64,000 nt of DNA from the human T2T-CHM13v2.0 reference genome, Homo sapiens. Location: NCBI RefSeq assembly GCF_009914755.1, contig NC_060934.1. One strand, given 5' to 3'. Under the pieces are notes generated by a model. It saw only the letters and a program-made list of their open reading frames with translations. It was not told where the DNA came from and made no database searches. The translations under genes were made by a program, and so were the position numbers. Below are positions 27,616 through 38,969 of this stretch, piece by piece (the first letter of the stretch is position 1; every line of letters starts with the position of its first letter).

Positions 27616-28568
27616 CTCACATTAGATTTGTACACTATTATGAAAGGACTTTAATGAGCTGTGAAATACATATTATTGATTCTGTGTATTTTTCTGTAGA
27701 ATTAAGGAGCTGAAAGAGACCAAAGGATGTAATGTATTCTTTTATGCGAGTGTAAATTAGGTGGTGGTGACCAGATAATAATGCTGGGTCCCCAGTGTTT
27801 CCAGGAAAGCCTTGCTAGATAACTGCAAATGCTGAAACTAAGGCATTGATCTCAGATTTGAAGATACCACATATGTGGAAATGTCCAAGTATAACTTGGA
27901 GAACAACCTGGAATTATATTTTTATAAGTGCCATGCTGATCTTGAGTCTTAAAGAAATACATAGCATGGCTGTGCATATACAGTTTGGCTTTAAGATTGA
28001 ATTGGCCAGAGCTAGGGCAAGATAAGATTTTAGGAAGATCTACAGTTGGGCCAAGCTGTGGTCAGCTGGGAGGGCCACAAAGAAATAATGAGGAGGCTGG
28101 TCTGAGCTCTAGGAAGGGCAACATGGACCTAGATAGAGGGTCCTAGCCCAGCAAAATATGGTGGTCTGCTCGCTCAGCAGTACCTGGTGGATGCTTAAAG
28201 AATATGTGGAATTAATTACAGAGCTGTCCCACTTTGCCTGCTTGAATCTTATCTTGTCTTTTATTTTTCTGTTTTCAATCCCATTTCATATCGAATCTTT
28301 CATCTGACTCTTTCTTTTCCCAGGATATTTTTGGCTTTTGAATTTTGGCTTCGAAAATCTTCTCTTTACTATAGCAAATAATTTTTATTAATTAGCCCTA
28401 TTTGTTATAGATCTAGACCTTCCACAAGCATTTATGTCTTTCTCATACAAGCCCAAGAAGATGAACTTAATTCTGTAAATGGACTTCGGAAAGATAATAG
28501 TTGCTAATAATTGTGCTTTTGAACAATTTTATGATCTCTAGTCCATGCCTATCTTAAGTATATTAGAG

Positions 28569-28833
28569 CAGCATTTTCCAGAGTATGGTACATGGAACAC
28601 TAGTCCCTGGGGATGTTCTGTTAAAAGGGTGTGGCCATACATGTTTGGGAAGTGGCACGTGTTATATCCTGTTCTTTGAGACATATATCATGAATGTTAT
28701 CCTACTAAAAGTGTTGAGAAGTCTTATAGTAAATGAAACTTCAAAACCAAAAGTGTTTCTCAAACTTCTTGATGTAATACCTATAAAAATTCTGCAGGAA
28801 AGTGTTTCAAAGAACAAATCTGGGTAAATGCAG
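28569..28833. mobile_element. hAT-Charlie fossil (Charlie4z/MER112-like)
   Basis: 'cagcattttccagagtatgg...ggaacactagt...tgtttgggaagtg' with a TIR-like right end 'tctgggtaaatgcag'. Confidence 0.55.
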
Positions 28834-30027
28834 TCACAGAGCATAGTTTATGTCAGGCTTTCTGTTTAAGTTGTTAGGCTCAGTGAGAGACTGATAGTCA
28901 TAAAGTCTAGCTGGAAATAACGTGTGCTTTACAAACAAACATTTTCTCTTGATACTGCACTCCTACAACTCACAAAATCCCTCTTGCATCTGTATCAAAG
29001 ATTTCTTAAAGTTTTATTTATGATTTCCTCACATTGAGAGAATAAATGAAAGCAGTTACTAATGTATAGTAATTTTCCTCCAGAAAATTATTCAGATATA
29101 ATTTTGTCTTGGGAAAGGAGAATTAAAACATGTATTGAATATATTTTAATCAGAAATGCACATTAAAATAGAATAACTTTGTCCTGGTTAGCATGACCTG
29201 GTCATAAAAATGTTGATTCTTAGAACTGGTAAATTTCTCATGAAGAAAGATACAGCTGTTTAGCCAGTAATCTATCCATTGTTTATTAAAAAGTAATGAA
29301 AAGTAAGCACCTGTTTCCTGTCTTATAATCTCAGGGAAGAGAGATTCTTGGAAGCTCCAATGGGCACATTATTATGTGGAGGACAAGGAGAGAACTATAA
29401 AATGACTGAGCCATATACACAAATCTGGGACTGCTGGTTGTTATGGAGCAAAGTTTAAGCCTATAAGCCATAAGCTTTTAAGCATATAAACCATAGATAT
29501 TCAAACAAACTCAGTAGGCAAAATAAAAGAAGGCGGAAGTGAAACACAGGAGAAACATAATTTTATAGTGCTGGTGATTTTGCTGCCTGCTGCAGTCAGC
29601 AAGTGTGTGCCCTGGAGAAAGAATGAATGGGAGGTGTGAATCTGCTTTTCCCTGATTCCCTGAGTGCATCTTATAGCGTGAGCATGTCACTGTGTGAAGG
29701 TGATTCAAGTGTTCAGGGTTTTGCATACCACATACAGTGTGGCCTCTAAACATCAACCAGCCATTTCAACTGGACCTTGACTGCAGAATCAGTGATTTGT
29801 TCCTTTAGACTTATTAAGATATGGTATATCAACAAGGTAGTGCCTTTCCAAGGGATTTTTAAGGATAATTTGGCTATAAGTAATTTTTACCCTGTGCACA
29901 GGCTTCAGAGCTAACCTCTACAGGAACTGAATCACTGCTGAACTCAGGCATTTTGTTTTCTTAATGCATCTAGCTGCCATCCTATTCTTCTGATTCCCTT
30001 TTTAAGGTAGCAGCCTTGGTGGGAAAC

Positions 30028-30057
30028 TGAGTCAAGTTAAAACTTGACTCAAGGTCA
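30028..30057. promoter_or_regulatory. Palindromic double AP-1 site overlapping an NR5A/ERR motif
   Basis: TGAGTCAAGTT-AA-AACTTGACTCA, with TCAAGGTCA at 30049-30057. Confidence 0.4.
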
Positions 30058-31598
30058 TAATAGCTGCATTTATCAGCAGCAGCCACATCCATCCTAAGGA
30101 AGAAAATGTCCTGGCTACACAGGTACCCTTTCCTGAATCTGGGATGGGATTATGGTAAGCATGGGAAGTTGGTACCACTTTTTTGTGTCTATTACACACA
30201 ACATTATTTATTAACTGCTTGATTCAGCCACATGGCTTGGATTGGGAGACCTTGTGGTGAACTGTTTCCACCAACATAATTGTAGTTAACTTAAGTGCCA
30301 TTATACAAGAGCTGGCAGTGTTTTTTGTGCAGAACTCTATGGAAACTGAAATGAAATTTTAATTCTATTAATAAAAAACAACAAGTGATAACATATTTGA
30401 CTAACACATCAAATTGATTCATAGCTATAACCTTACTGTAATTCACCCTGGTGGTATCTGCTTATAATAGTAAAACAGATAACAGCAACTCTGAAATCAG
30501 TGGTTTTATGTGTGTACAATCACTGGCTGTGGGCACAGATTATTGTATCATTGTGTATCATACGCAGTCATTTGTTTTGATTAAGTACTTTAAAATGTCA
30601 AGTTTCTCTGCACAGATGCACATGGAGCTGTTGTTATTTCTGGGATGAGGATCTAAGATTTGGGGAAACGTTACATTTTTTTTTATCACATGCATCTACC
30701 CCTAGTTAAAATAATTGACAATAAAAGAGCTACAAGTAAGGCCACCCTTTCCTTGGTGCTAAGCCACTAGGAGGGAATGGGGAAGGTCCAGGAGCTAGAA
30801 GGCCAGACAGAAGATTCCTAGAGAAACAGACCCACCCTACCATGGCTGTTGGAGCCTCAGAGAAGCTCACCTGGGCCAGAGGCTCGGGATGCCAAGAAGC
30901 TTACAAACGGTAGGTAACATAAGTCCATTCCTGAACCCCACCAAGTAGATGATCTGAGGGATGCCAAGAAGGAAGCTCCTTTCTCCTTGGTTTTGGCTTT
31001 GTTTTGGAAACAGAAAGCAGTGAAATGCACGTTTAGGTCTATGACTAACTGTCATTAAGCACTTGAACTTCATTATTCCTCTTATCCTCCCTTTCCTTTC
31101 CTTGCACTTTTTGTGTTGGAGTTACTGGGCAGTGCAATGGGCTTTGTGTAGTATGGGAGGGGACAGAAAGTGGAGTAGCAAGAGGCACAGATTCTCTTTG
31201 AACTGAGGGAGCTGAACGACTCCTTGGATGGACAGTAGCTCTCTCTGCAAGTCTGCTTTTATTCGGCGCTGCTGGCAGAATAGAGTCTTGTTCAGTTTTC
31301 ACCTTGATAGATTTTTCTTTCTGCTGTCTCTGCATGTCTCTCTTCACTGAAGGTCTATGATATTAGCTCTATTATTTCTTCAGACATATTTTTTCCCCCA
31401 AGACTTCAGGTAGAAATTCAGGCAGCTGCAATCCTGTCTCTGTCATTTCTGATGATTGATTGAACTTGTCTTCACTTTCCACCTTTGGTTTCTACCTATT
31501 TTCTTCAGACTTATTCTACTTATTCTCTTCCCTTCAAACAGATATTGAGGGCTTTGTGACCATGCCAAGGAGAAGAGGATGAAAGATGTGCCTACATA

Positions 31599-32005
31599 TG
31601 CTGTGGTCTAAATTGTATCCCTCCCAACCCTGCCCCAATTCATGTTGAACCCCTAACCCTCAGTGTGACTATATTTTGGAGACAGGGCTTTTAAGAGACA
31701 ACTATAGTTAAATGAAGCCAAGGGGGGTTTGGGGAGGCATTGTTTTAATCAGATAGGATTGGTGGCCTTACAAAAAGAGGAAATGAGAGATCTCTCTCCA
31801 CATGCACTCACTGAGGAAAACCCGTGTAAGCCCTCAGGAAGAAAGTTCTGTCTGCAAGCCAGGAAGAGGGCCTTCACCAGAAACTGACCATGCTGGCACC
31901 CTAATCTCAGACTTCTAGCTTCCAGAACTAAGAGAAAATAAATTTTTGTTATTTAAGTCACCCTGTCTGTGGTATTTGTTTCAGAAGCCTGAGCTGACTA
32001 AAACA
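31599..32005 (+). mobile_element. MLT1A/B-type MaLR solo LTR
   Basis: TG...ACA ends. 'catgctggcaccctaatctcagacttctagcttccagaact...gaaaataaatt'. 5-bp TSD ACATA at 31594-31598 and 32006-32010. Confidence 0.88.
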
Positions 32006-32173
32006 ACATAAAACTCACATTCATGAAAATTGTGGACTCCATTCCTAGCTGTTGATTTTTCACCTACATAGATCAGTAGTGGGTCATCATTACCCTGGGC
32101 GGCTGCATCTTCAAATCCAAAACATTTGAAAAGAGAGGCAGCATGAGTTTTCATTATGAAAATAGATAGTATT

Positions 32174-32696
32174 CAGGCAGCAGCAACGCGGAGGAAACGG
32201 GAATGAACCGAGAGCGTAGTGACCATCATGAGCCTCCTTAACAAGTCCAAGAGTGAGATGACCCCAGAGGAGCTGCAGAAGCGAGAGGAGGAGGAATTTA
32301 ACACGGGTCCACTTTCTGTGCTCACACAGTCAGTCAAGAACAACACGCAAGTGCTCATCAACTGTCGCCACAACACGAAACTCCTGGGCCACGTGAAGGC
32401 CTTCCACAGGCACTGCAACATGGTGCTGGAGAACGTGAAGGAGACGTGGACTGAGGTACCCAAGAGCGGCAAGGGCAAGAAGTCCAAGCCAGTCAACAAA
32501 GACTGCTATATCTCCAGGATGTTCCTGCACGGGGACTTGGTCATCGTGGTCCTGCGGAACCCACTCATCGCCAGCAAGTAGGGGCCACCTATCTGTCGAC
32601 AGAACTCACTCCGCTGGCCTATGAAGACCGCTGCCATTGGTGTTGAGAATAATAGAGCTCTGTGTTTTTTTTCTAGTGGAAAAAAAAAAAAGGAAA
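32174..32696 (+). pseudogene. SNRPD2: Processed pseudogene/retrocopy of SNRPD2 (snRNP core protein Sm-D2); symbol given is the parent gene
   Basis: Intronless 5'UTR+CDS+3'UTR+poly(A) (32680-32691). 16-bp TSD GAAAATAGATAGTATT at 32158-32173 and 32697-32712. ATG 32228 to TAG 32581 encodes [32 protein letters not shown]...LRNPLIASK, ~90% identical to recalled human Sm-D2. Which numbered SNRPD2P locus this is cannot be determined from sequence alone. Confidence 0.95.
32228..32581 (+). CDS. Open 117-aa Sm-D2-like reading frame within the retrocopy (translation doubtful)
   Basis: No stop or frameshift, one in-frame codon loss in the Lys run, ATCATGA start context. Invariant Sm residues are substituted and an overlapping uORF is present. 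Confidence 0.2.
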
Positions 32697-32759
32697 GAAA
32701 ATAGATAGTATTTTGAGTAGAAATGTGGCTTTCGAGACAGGCTATTTCTTTACAACAAT

Positions 32760-32965
32760 TTTAATTCTAGTTCTGACTCCACTATATACAAACGATGTGA
32801 CCTTAGTAAGTTACTTAATCTGTTTAATTCTCAGATAATTATTCTGTGAAATGGGAATAATTGAGTATCTAATACATAGAGTAGTGGTGAGCATTAAGTA
32901 AATTAATTCACATAAATCACTGAACACAGTACTTGACACATAATAAGTACACATTAATATTTATT
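32760..32965 (+). mobile_element. MIR SINE
   Basis: 'gatgtgaccttagtaagttacttaatctgtt...ctgtgaaatgggaataat...gtgagcattaagt'. Confidence 0.8.
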
Positions 32966-33065
32966 TTTATTTATAGGAGTAGCTAAACAGAGATGTTGAT
33001 ACCTACCCTACAGGGTTGATTTTTAGTTTGGTAGATCACTTGCTCGTACAGTCTTCATTAATCTG

Positions 33066-34004
33066 TGTTGAAGAAAAATTGCACTGGATGCCTGGCAAGA
33101 ATGGAAAGACAGATTTTATTTGGGTTACTGCGGTAAAAGAGAGATTTTAGTATAGAACTGAGCTCAACTTCACTGAAATAAAAGGTGGGCAGATTTTTAA
33201 GCCCAAATATGAACTAGCAGAAAAGCACTGGAGAACATTAGGTGGTAAGTTGGTGAATGTAATTTGGCAATTTGTCTTTGCTAATTGGCACTTACTGAAG
33301 TTAGGCTCTGTGATGGTACTCAAACATTATTCTGGTTGTTTCTATGAGGGTGTTTTTGGATGAGATTAACATTTAAATCAGCAGACTGAGTAAAGCAGAT
33401 TGTCCTCCATGTAGGTGGGCCTCATCCAATCAGTTGAAGGCCTGAATAGAACCAAAGGCTGACTTTCCTCAAAGAAGGAAAGAATTCTCCTGCCTAGTGG
33501 TCTTTAAATTGGATCAGTGGCTCTTCTCTGAAGGTCTTCCAACTGGGACGTTGACTCTTCTTGCTTTTACAGCAGAGTCTAGCCTTCAGGTTCAAACATT
33601 GGCTCTGCAGATTTTGAACTTAACTGTCCTCCATAAACATATGAGTTAATTCTTTATAATATGCCCCCTCTCTGCCCAACGCTTTTTCCCATTCTGTTTT
33701 CCTGGAGAACCCTGATTAATATAGGCTCCTACTTTTTCACAGAGACTGTGAGATAGGAACGCTATCTTTTTTGAAGATTTCATTTCAAAGGGATAGCTCT
33801 CAGGTTCTTGAGAAAGACATTCTTGGATAAATCTGGCAAAAGGCTGGGAGATGATTTACATCTCAAAAGGGCAGGAAAATAATTTACAATTGAAAGCTTT
33901 CTAAAGTAAATGCTCTAAGGAAAGGAAAGTCAGGGGTCTATAGTCAGGAGGAAATCAGTCTTAATTTCAGTTAAGCTGAGGAGAATGTTAAGGTTGTCTT
34001 GTCA
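33066..34004 (-). mobile_element. MER67-family ERV1 LTR, interrupted by an MLT2 LTR
   Basis: The right end reads, on the reverse strand, TGACAAGACAACCTTAACATTCTCCTCAGCTT...TTAGAGCATTTACTTTAGAAA, matching the recalled MER67 5' end. Confidence 0.75.
33309..33723 (+). mobile_element. MLT2C/D-like ERVL solo LTR nested in MER67
   Basis: 'tgtgatggt...gatgagattaacatttaaatcag...ggcctcatccaatcagttgaaggcc...ctggagaaccctgattaatata'. 5-bp TSD GGCTC at 33304-33308 and 33724-33728. Confidence 0.88.
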
Positions 34005-34339
34005 TGTGCAAGGCACTGTTCTGCACATAGAGTTTCAGAACTATATTTGGGTATCAGAATATGGAGGGTATATAATTTTCATATATTTTAAAAAGATTTT
34101 ATATTTTAAAAATTTGTTACACATTCCCATGAACAAAAACTTAGTTTTTCCTTAGCGAGAATAATTAGCTAAAATGAAAAGATAAAGCATTTTTTTAACA
34201 CCCACTTGCAAACCAGGCCTTGCTTATAAAACCGGTTTGAGTGGCCATTTTGTGGCACTTGCCCTGGGTGTCAACATTCCAGTTTATGGCTCTGCAGAGG
34301 ATATGTTAGTTGAATAAGTCAAATGAGATACATGGTCTT

Positions 34340-34733
<394 letters not shown>

Positions 34734-35289
34734 TCATTTAAAGTAGAAATTGAACTTGTTCCCATTTCTAGGTCCTAGGCCAACTGCTTGGCAGTACTTT
34801 ACCTCTTGGGTATTGCTGCTGTAGGCTTATAATCCCTGTGTTCTTCCTCTGAGCATCTTAAGATGAGAAGCTGCTGTTCCTTCTGTGTCATCAGATCTTC
34901 AGGTGTTACTATCCAGAAATTCCATATTTTACTGGGAGGAACTCAAGGACATTTGGTGATCCTTGGAAACTGATGAGCAGGCGAGGAGATATGTGAGGGA
35001 GTAATGGAACCAAGGATCAGCAGAAGGTATAATGGCAAAAGTTGCAAGGAGTAGGGAAGGGAAGAGAACAGCATTAGACAGTCACTCATCAAACATGCAG
35101 CGCTAGCTGCTGCGTCTAATTGTCTAATGGCATGGGGGTCAGGGGAGCGTTGAATCCTCTCATTGCAGCCAGGGGAGGACCAAGTGCCATGGAAATCAAA
35201 GAAGGAAATCCTTTGACTATTCCGGTTTACATAATGTTTAAAAGCAGGGGCTCTTGGGAGTCTGGTTAAAACCATTTATTTTTGTTTTG

Positions 35290-35440
35290 ATTCTATTAAC
35301 TGGCTGTGTGATCTTGGACATATCACTAAACCTCAGTTCCATTCATGAAAAGAGGATAATTAGATATACCTCATTTGGGAGAATTAAATGAGATGATGTG
35401 GGTAACTCACTGAGCACAGTGGCAGGTACAGTTATTGAGC
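35290..35440 (+). mobile_element. MIR SINE
   Basis: 'ggctgtgtgatcttggac...cctcagttcc...gagaattaaatgagatgatgtg'. Confidence 0.7.
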
Positions 35441-36069
35441 CAAAACCAAACTACTAGAAGCAGATAGGGAAAAGGAAACCCTAATACTCCCTCTCCAGGT
35501 TTTCAGAGTACTTCCCTGCCATAATTTATGCTACCACGACTTAAGCTTTCTGCACTAAGAATAGAGTTCATTAAAGCAAATTCTCTTGTGAGGAGTGGAT
35601 AGAGAAGAGTGTTGGGAACCAGCCAGTTGACAGTGTTATGAGAAAGCAGGAAGTGTGGGCTTGCTTCAGCCAAGCAACTGGCTGAGGATTTGTTTTGTAC
35701 GTCTGATTATTCATTTTCTGTGATACGGAAATTGCCTAAATGTTTTAATTATGTTCCTTTCATTGTATTTTAATGAGCTAATGAATTCTTTCACCCACTC
35801 CTTATCCTACAACAGGCCAATAATTATAAAACCCAGAAAAATCTTTTTAAATTGCCAGGAATAAAAAATTCAATGGAGCTCTTTCTTGGGTAATAAAATG
35901 AATGTTCTAATTTTGTTAGTTAACAGGCATCTTTGAACACCCACTGTGCAGTGAGCCCCACACAGAATGAGAGAAAAGTGGGATACAAAAAAAAAAAAAA
36001 ACCAGAAGACTACCTTAGTTTTACTTCAGAATGGAAGCAAACCGTCTTATCTCATCTCATCTCATTTTT

Positions 36070-37400
36070 TCATGCATTAGTTTACTCAGTAATCATCGGT
36101 GGAGCACATAGTGTATGACCAGCACTATGCCAGGCATATTGTGATTGGATGCGGCCGGAGTATGAAATGAGAGGCAGCAATCAGAGAGACATGAGCTTGA
36201 GGTAAATGGGGCCAGATCACTGAGACTTTATATAGAATAGGGTGAAGGGCAGCCACAAATGGTTTTAAACAGAGAGTGACACTGTCAGATTTACATGTTC
36301 CATAAATAACTTTGTAATGAGAAAATGGATTAGAGGAAGAGTTACTGGTTATGATGAGATTATCATGGTTTCTCAGGAGAAAACAAAGGCAATGGAAGTA
36401 AAGATGAACACTGAACACCTGAGGATTCCTCTCTTCCTTATTTCACTTTTCTAAGAGGCTTAGATTTCAGTGAGATCTATGTGTTTCTGTGGAAGCTAAT
36501 TTCACCTGTAGCTCCAAAGGGGTAGAGTCCCCTTCTATGGACTGTTAGTTACACTGGGTTTAGGAGGATGAAGTGTACTGATTAGCATAGACAAAGTCAC
36601 ATGCCTTACCTATAGAACTGGGGATTGGTTTAGAGGTGAACATGTTAGCTAAAGGAGTCCAATCACAGTGAATGCCAGCTTTTCTGGGGATTCTGTGACC
36701 AGATGCTCTCCCTGACTCTGGAAAGGCTAATGCAGATATGAGATGAGACTCACTGCAGATTTGGAAAGCAAGAGAGAAGAGGTCATTGTTTTCCAGAGTC
36801 AATTGCAGATAGATGCAGGAGCAGATGTCAGGTTCGAAGATGCTTCCAGGAGAGCCCTCAAAAACTACCAGCTTAGGTCAAGATAATTGAAATGGCTACT
36901 GAGAATACTGGTGGCAGTTCCCACAACCTTCACTACTCTGAATTCTTCAAGGTTTGGTGTTCCCTATATTTAAACTCTTCATATCTGGCATATATAAAAT
37001 GATTTTTTTTTCCCTAACCAAAGCCAGACTGATACAAGGTGGTAGTTGAGTCCATGAGTGAGAATGCTATTGCTTAAGAAAATAAAGTTGGGCGGAAACC
37101 TTGAGGAATAACAATATTTGGGCATCCAGTGGAGGAAGACTAGAAAGGGGACCAAAAAATTGTCTGAAACAAAGAAAGAGAACCAGTGGAGTATGGTATC
37201 ATGGAAACCAAAATGGAAAAAAACTTTCAAGAATGAGGAGGAATTACCAAAATAAAGTAAGGGACTTAGCAAGACAATATGCAAAGATTAGCCAGAAGGT
37301 TTGGGGAAGCTAAGGTCAAGCAAGACCTTAGAAAGAATAGTTTCAGTAAAGTGGTGCAAGCTCAAGCCATATTGTAGGGTCAACTGAGAGAAATGGCCCA
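36070..37400 (-). mobile_element. L2 fragments interrupted by an old ERVL LTR (LTR16-like, ~36470-37036)
   Basis: L2-type 'agcactatgccaggcatattgtg', 'ggttttaaacagagagtgacactgtcagatt' and 'gaatagtttcagtaaagtggtg'. The central block has 'gattggtttagaggtgaacatg...ccaatcacagtg' and ends 'ctgataca'. Confidence 0.5.
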
Positions 37401-37769
37401 GTCTGTTCACTCGTGTAAAATGAAAGCATGAGTTTTGGCTGCATAACATTTAAAAAAATATTTGTACATCTGGGAAAATTTTCTCATCTATCTCCATGTC
37501 TGAAGGTGGAAATGAGACACTCACTTCTTCCTCAACTTTCCTTGCTGCTATAACACAGAACGTAACTTGGACTTTGTCAACCAATGACACCTGTTTGAGA
37601 GTTTGATTCAGAAGACACTGATCTGAAGAAGAAAGCCCAGTGCAACTCCAGCAAAGGTGGTTAAGTCCCCCATTGAAAATGTTTACAGTACTGTATCTTA
37701 AGAGCCTTAAGATATCCCTAGCCTTTGGTCCAGTCTCACTGCCAAAAATCAAAAATAATTATCACAAAC

Positions 37770-38175
37770 AAAAAAGTTATACTTGCTTCTGAAGATGATC
37801 ATGGCAGCATTATATGTAAAAGGAAAAATTGGAAACAAACTAAATGTTCATCCCCTTAGTGGAATGGTCAAGTAACCATGATATAGCTACTTGATAAAAT
37901 ATTATTCAATTTGTAGCTTTAACATTAGAGCCTATAACATCGTAGGTATTTAATAAAAGAATAAATTATAAAAGTGAAAATGATGGAGACCGTGCATGGA
38001 AAAAATATGATTTGTTGTGATAATGTTAAGTAAAAGAGAAACTGAATTATATGTATATGATTATAGCTGTGAAAAGTAAGAGTGCACGAGTGCATGGACT
38101 CTAAGAAAACTGGAAAATGAAAATAGTTGTGGTAGGGTAGTTGGTATGTGGGTGGTTTTTTTCCTTACCCCTTAA
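37770..38175 (+). mobile_element. L1ME 3' fragment
   Basis: 'gatcatggcagcattatatgtaaaaggaaaaattggaaacaaactaaatgttcatc'. Confidence 0.6.
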
Positions 38176-38180
38176 CATTG

Positions 38181-38545
38181 TATCTTAGTCTGTTCGAGCG
38201 GCTATAACAAAATACCGTAGACTGGGTGGCTGGTAAACAGCAGAAATTTATTTCTCACAGTTATGGAGACTAGGAAGTCCAAAACCAAGGCGTTGGCAGA
38301 TTTGGTGTCTTGTGAAGTCCCACTTATTAGTTCATAGGTGGCCATCTTTTTGCCATATTCTCACACTGTTGAGGGGGGATGGAGCTCTTTGGAGTCCCTT
38401 TAATAAGGGTACTAATCCCATTATTGAGGACTCCATCGTCATAACCTAATCATTTCTCAAAGGCCCCGCCTCCACATAACATCACATTAAGGATCAGTTT
38501 TCAACATACGCATTTTGGGGGAAAACAGACATTCAGTCTACAGGA
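38181..38545 (-). mobile_element. MLT1A0-like MaLR solo LTR
   Basis: 'cttagtctgttcgagcggctataacaaaatacc...aaatttatttctcacagtt...cattcagtcta'. 5-bp TSD CATTG at 38176-38180 and 38546-38550. Confidence 0.88.
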
Positions 38546-38969
38546 CATTGTTACTATACTTGTTATTTATAAGTTAACTTAAAACAACGACAACAACAAC
38601 AGCAATAACAAAAAGTCAGATAAGTCCAGTGCAATTCCTGCCTTGCCCTGGGCTCTGACTATCCATAGGCAATTCTGCCATCTTAGTCAATTCTATCAAA
38701 CAGCTTCAAAAGGAAAGCTTCTATTGATTAGCTCACCAAGCCAGAAAAATTATGACTTAGAAAGTTGGTGCTTCTATGACAATGCAATCCATCAGCACTT
38801 CTCTGGAGACTCCCACCTCCATGTACCTTCACAGAGAAATGTGAAAGAACATTGAAAAGGGGGACCCTCTCCTGGGAGCTATTCTCTCCTTTCCTGACAG
38901 CCTAAATTGGGTGTCTGAGAAGCAACAAGACCTAGAAAAGAGAAGAGGCTTTGGAGCCTCTATTAGCTG

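Noticed and set aside
28300-28500. Polypyrimidine-AG sites suggesting an exon
   Set aside because: There is no convincing donor or open frame; lncRNA exons cannot be called from sequence alone.
32219-32227. ORF-track start at GTG 32219
   Set aside because: The homologous start is the ATG at 32228 (MSLLNK).
32173-32530. Antisense ORFs of 108 and 66 aa
   Set aside because: They are shadow frames of the Sm-D2 coding sequence.
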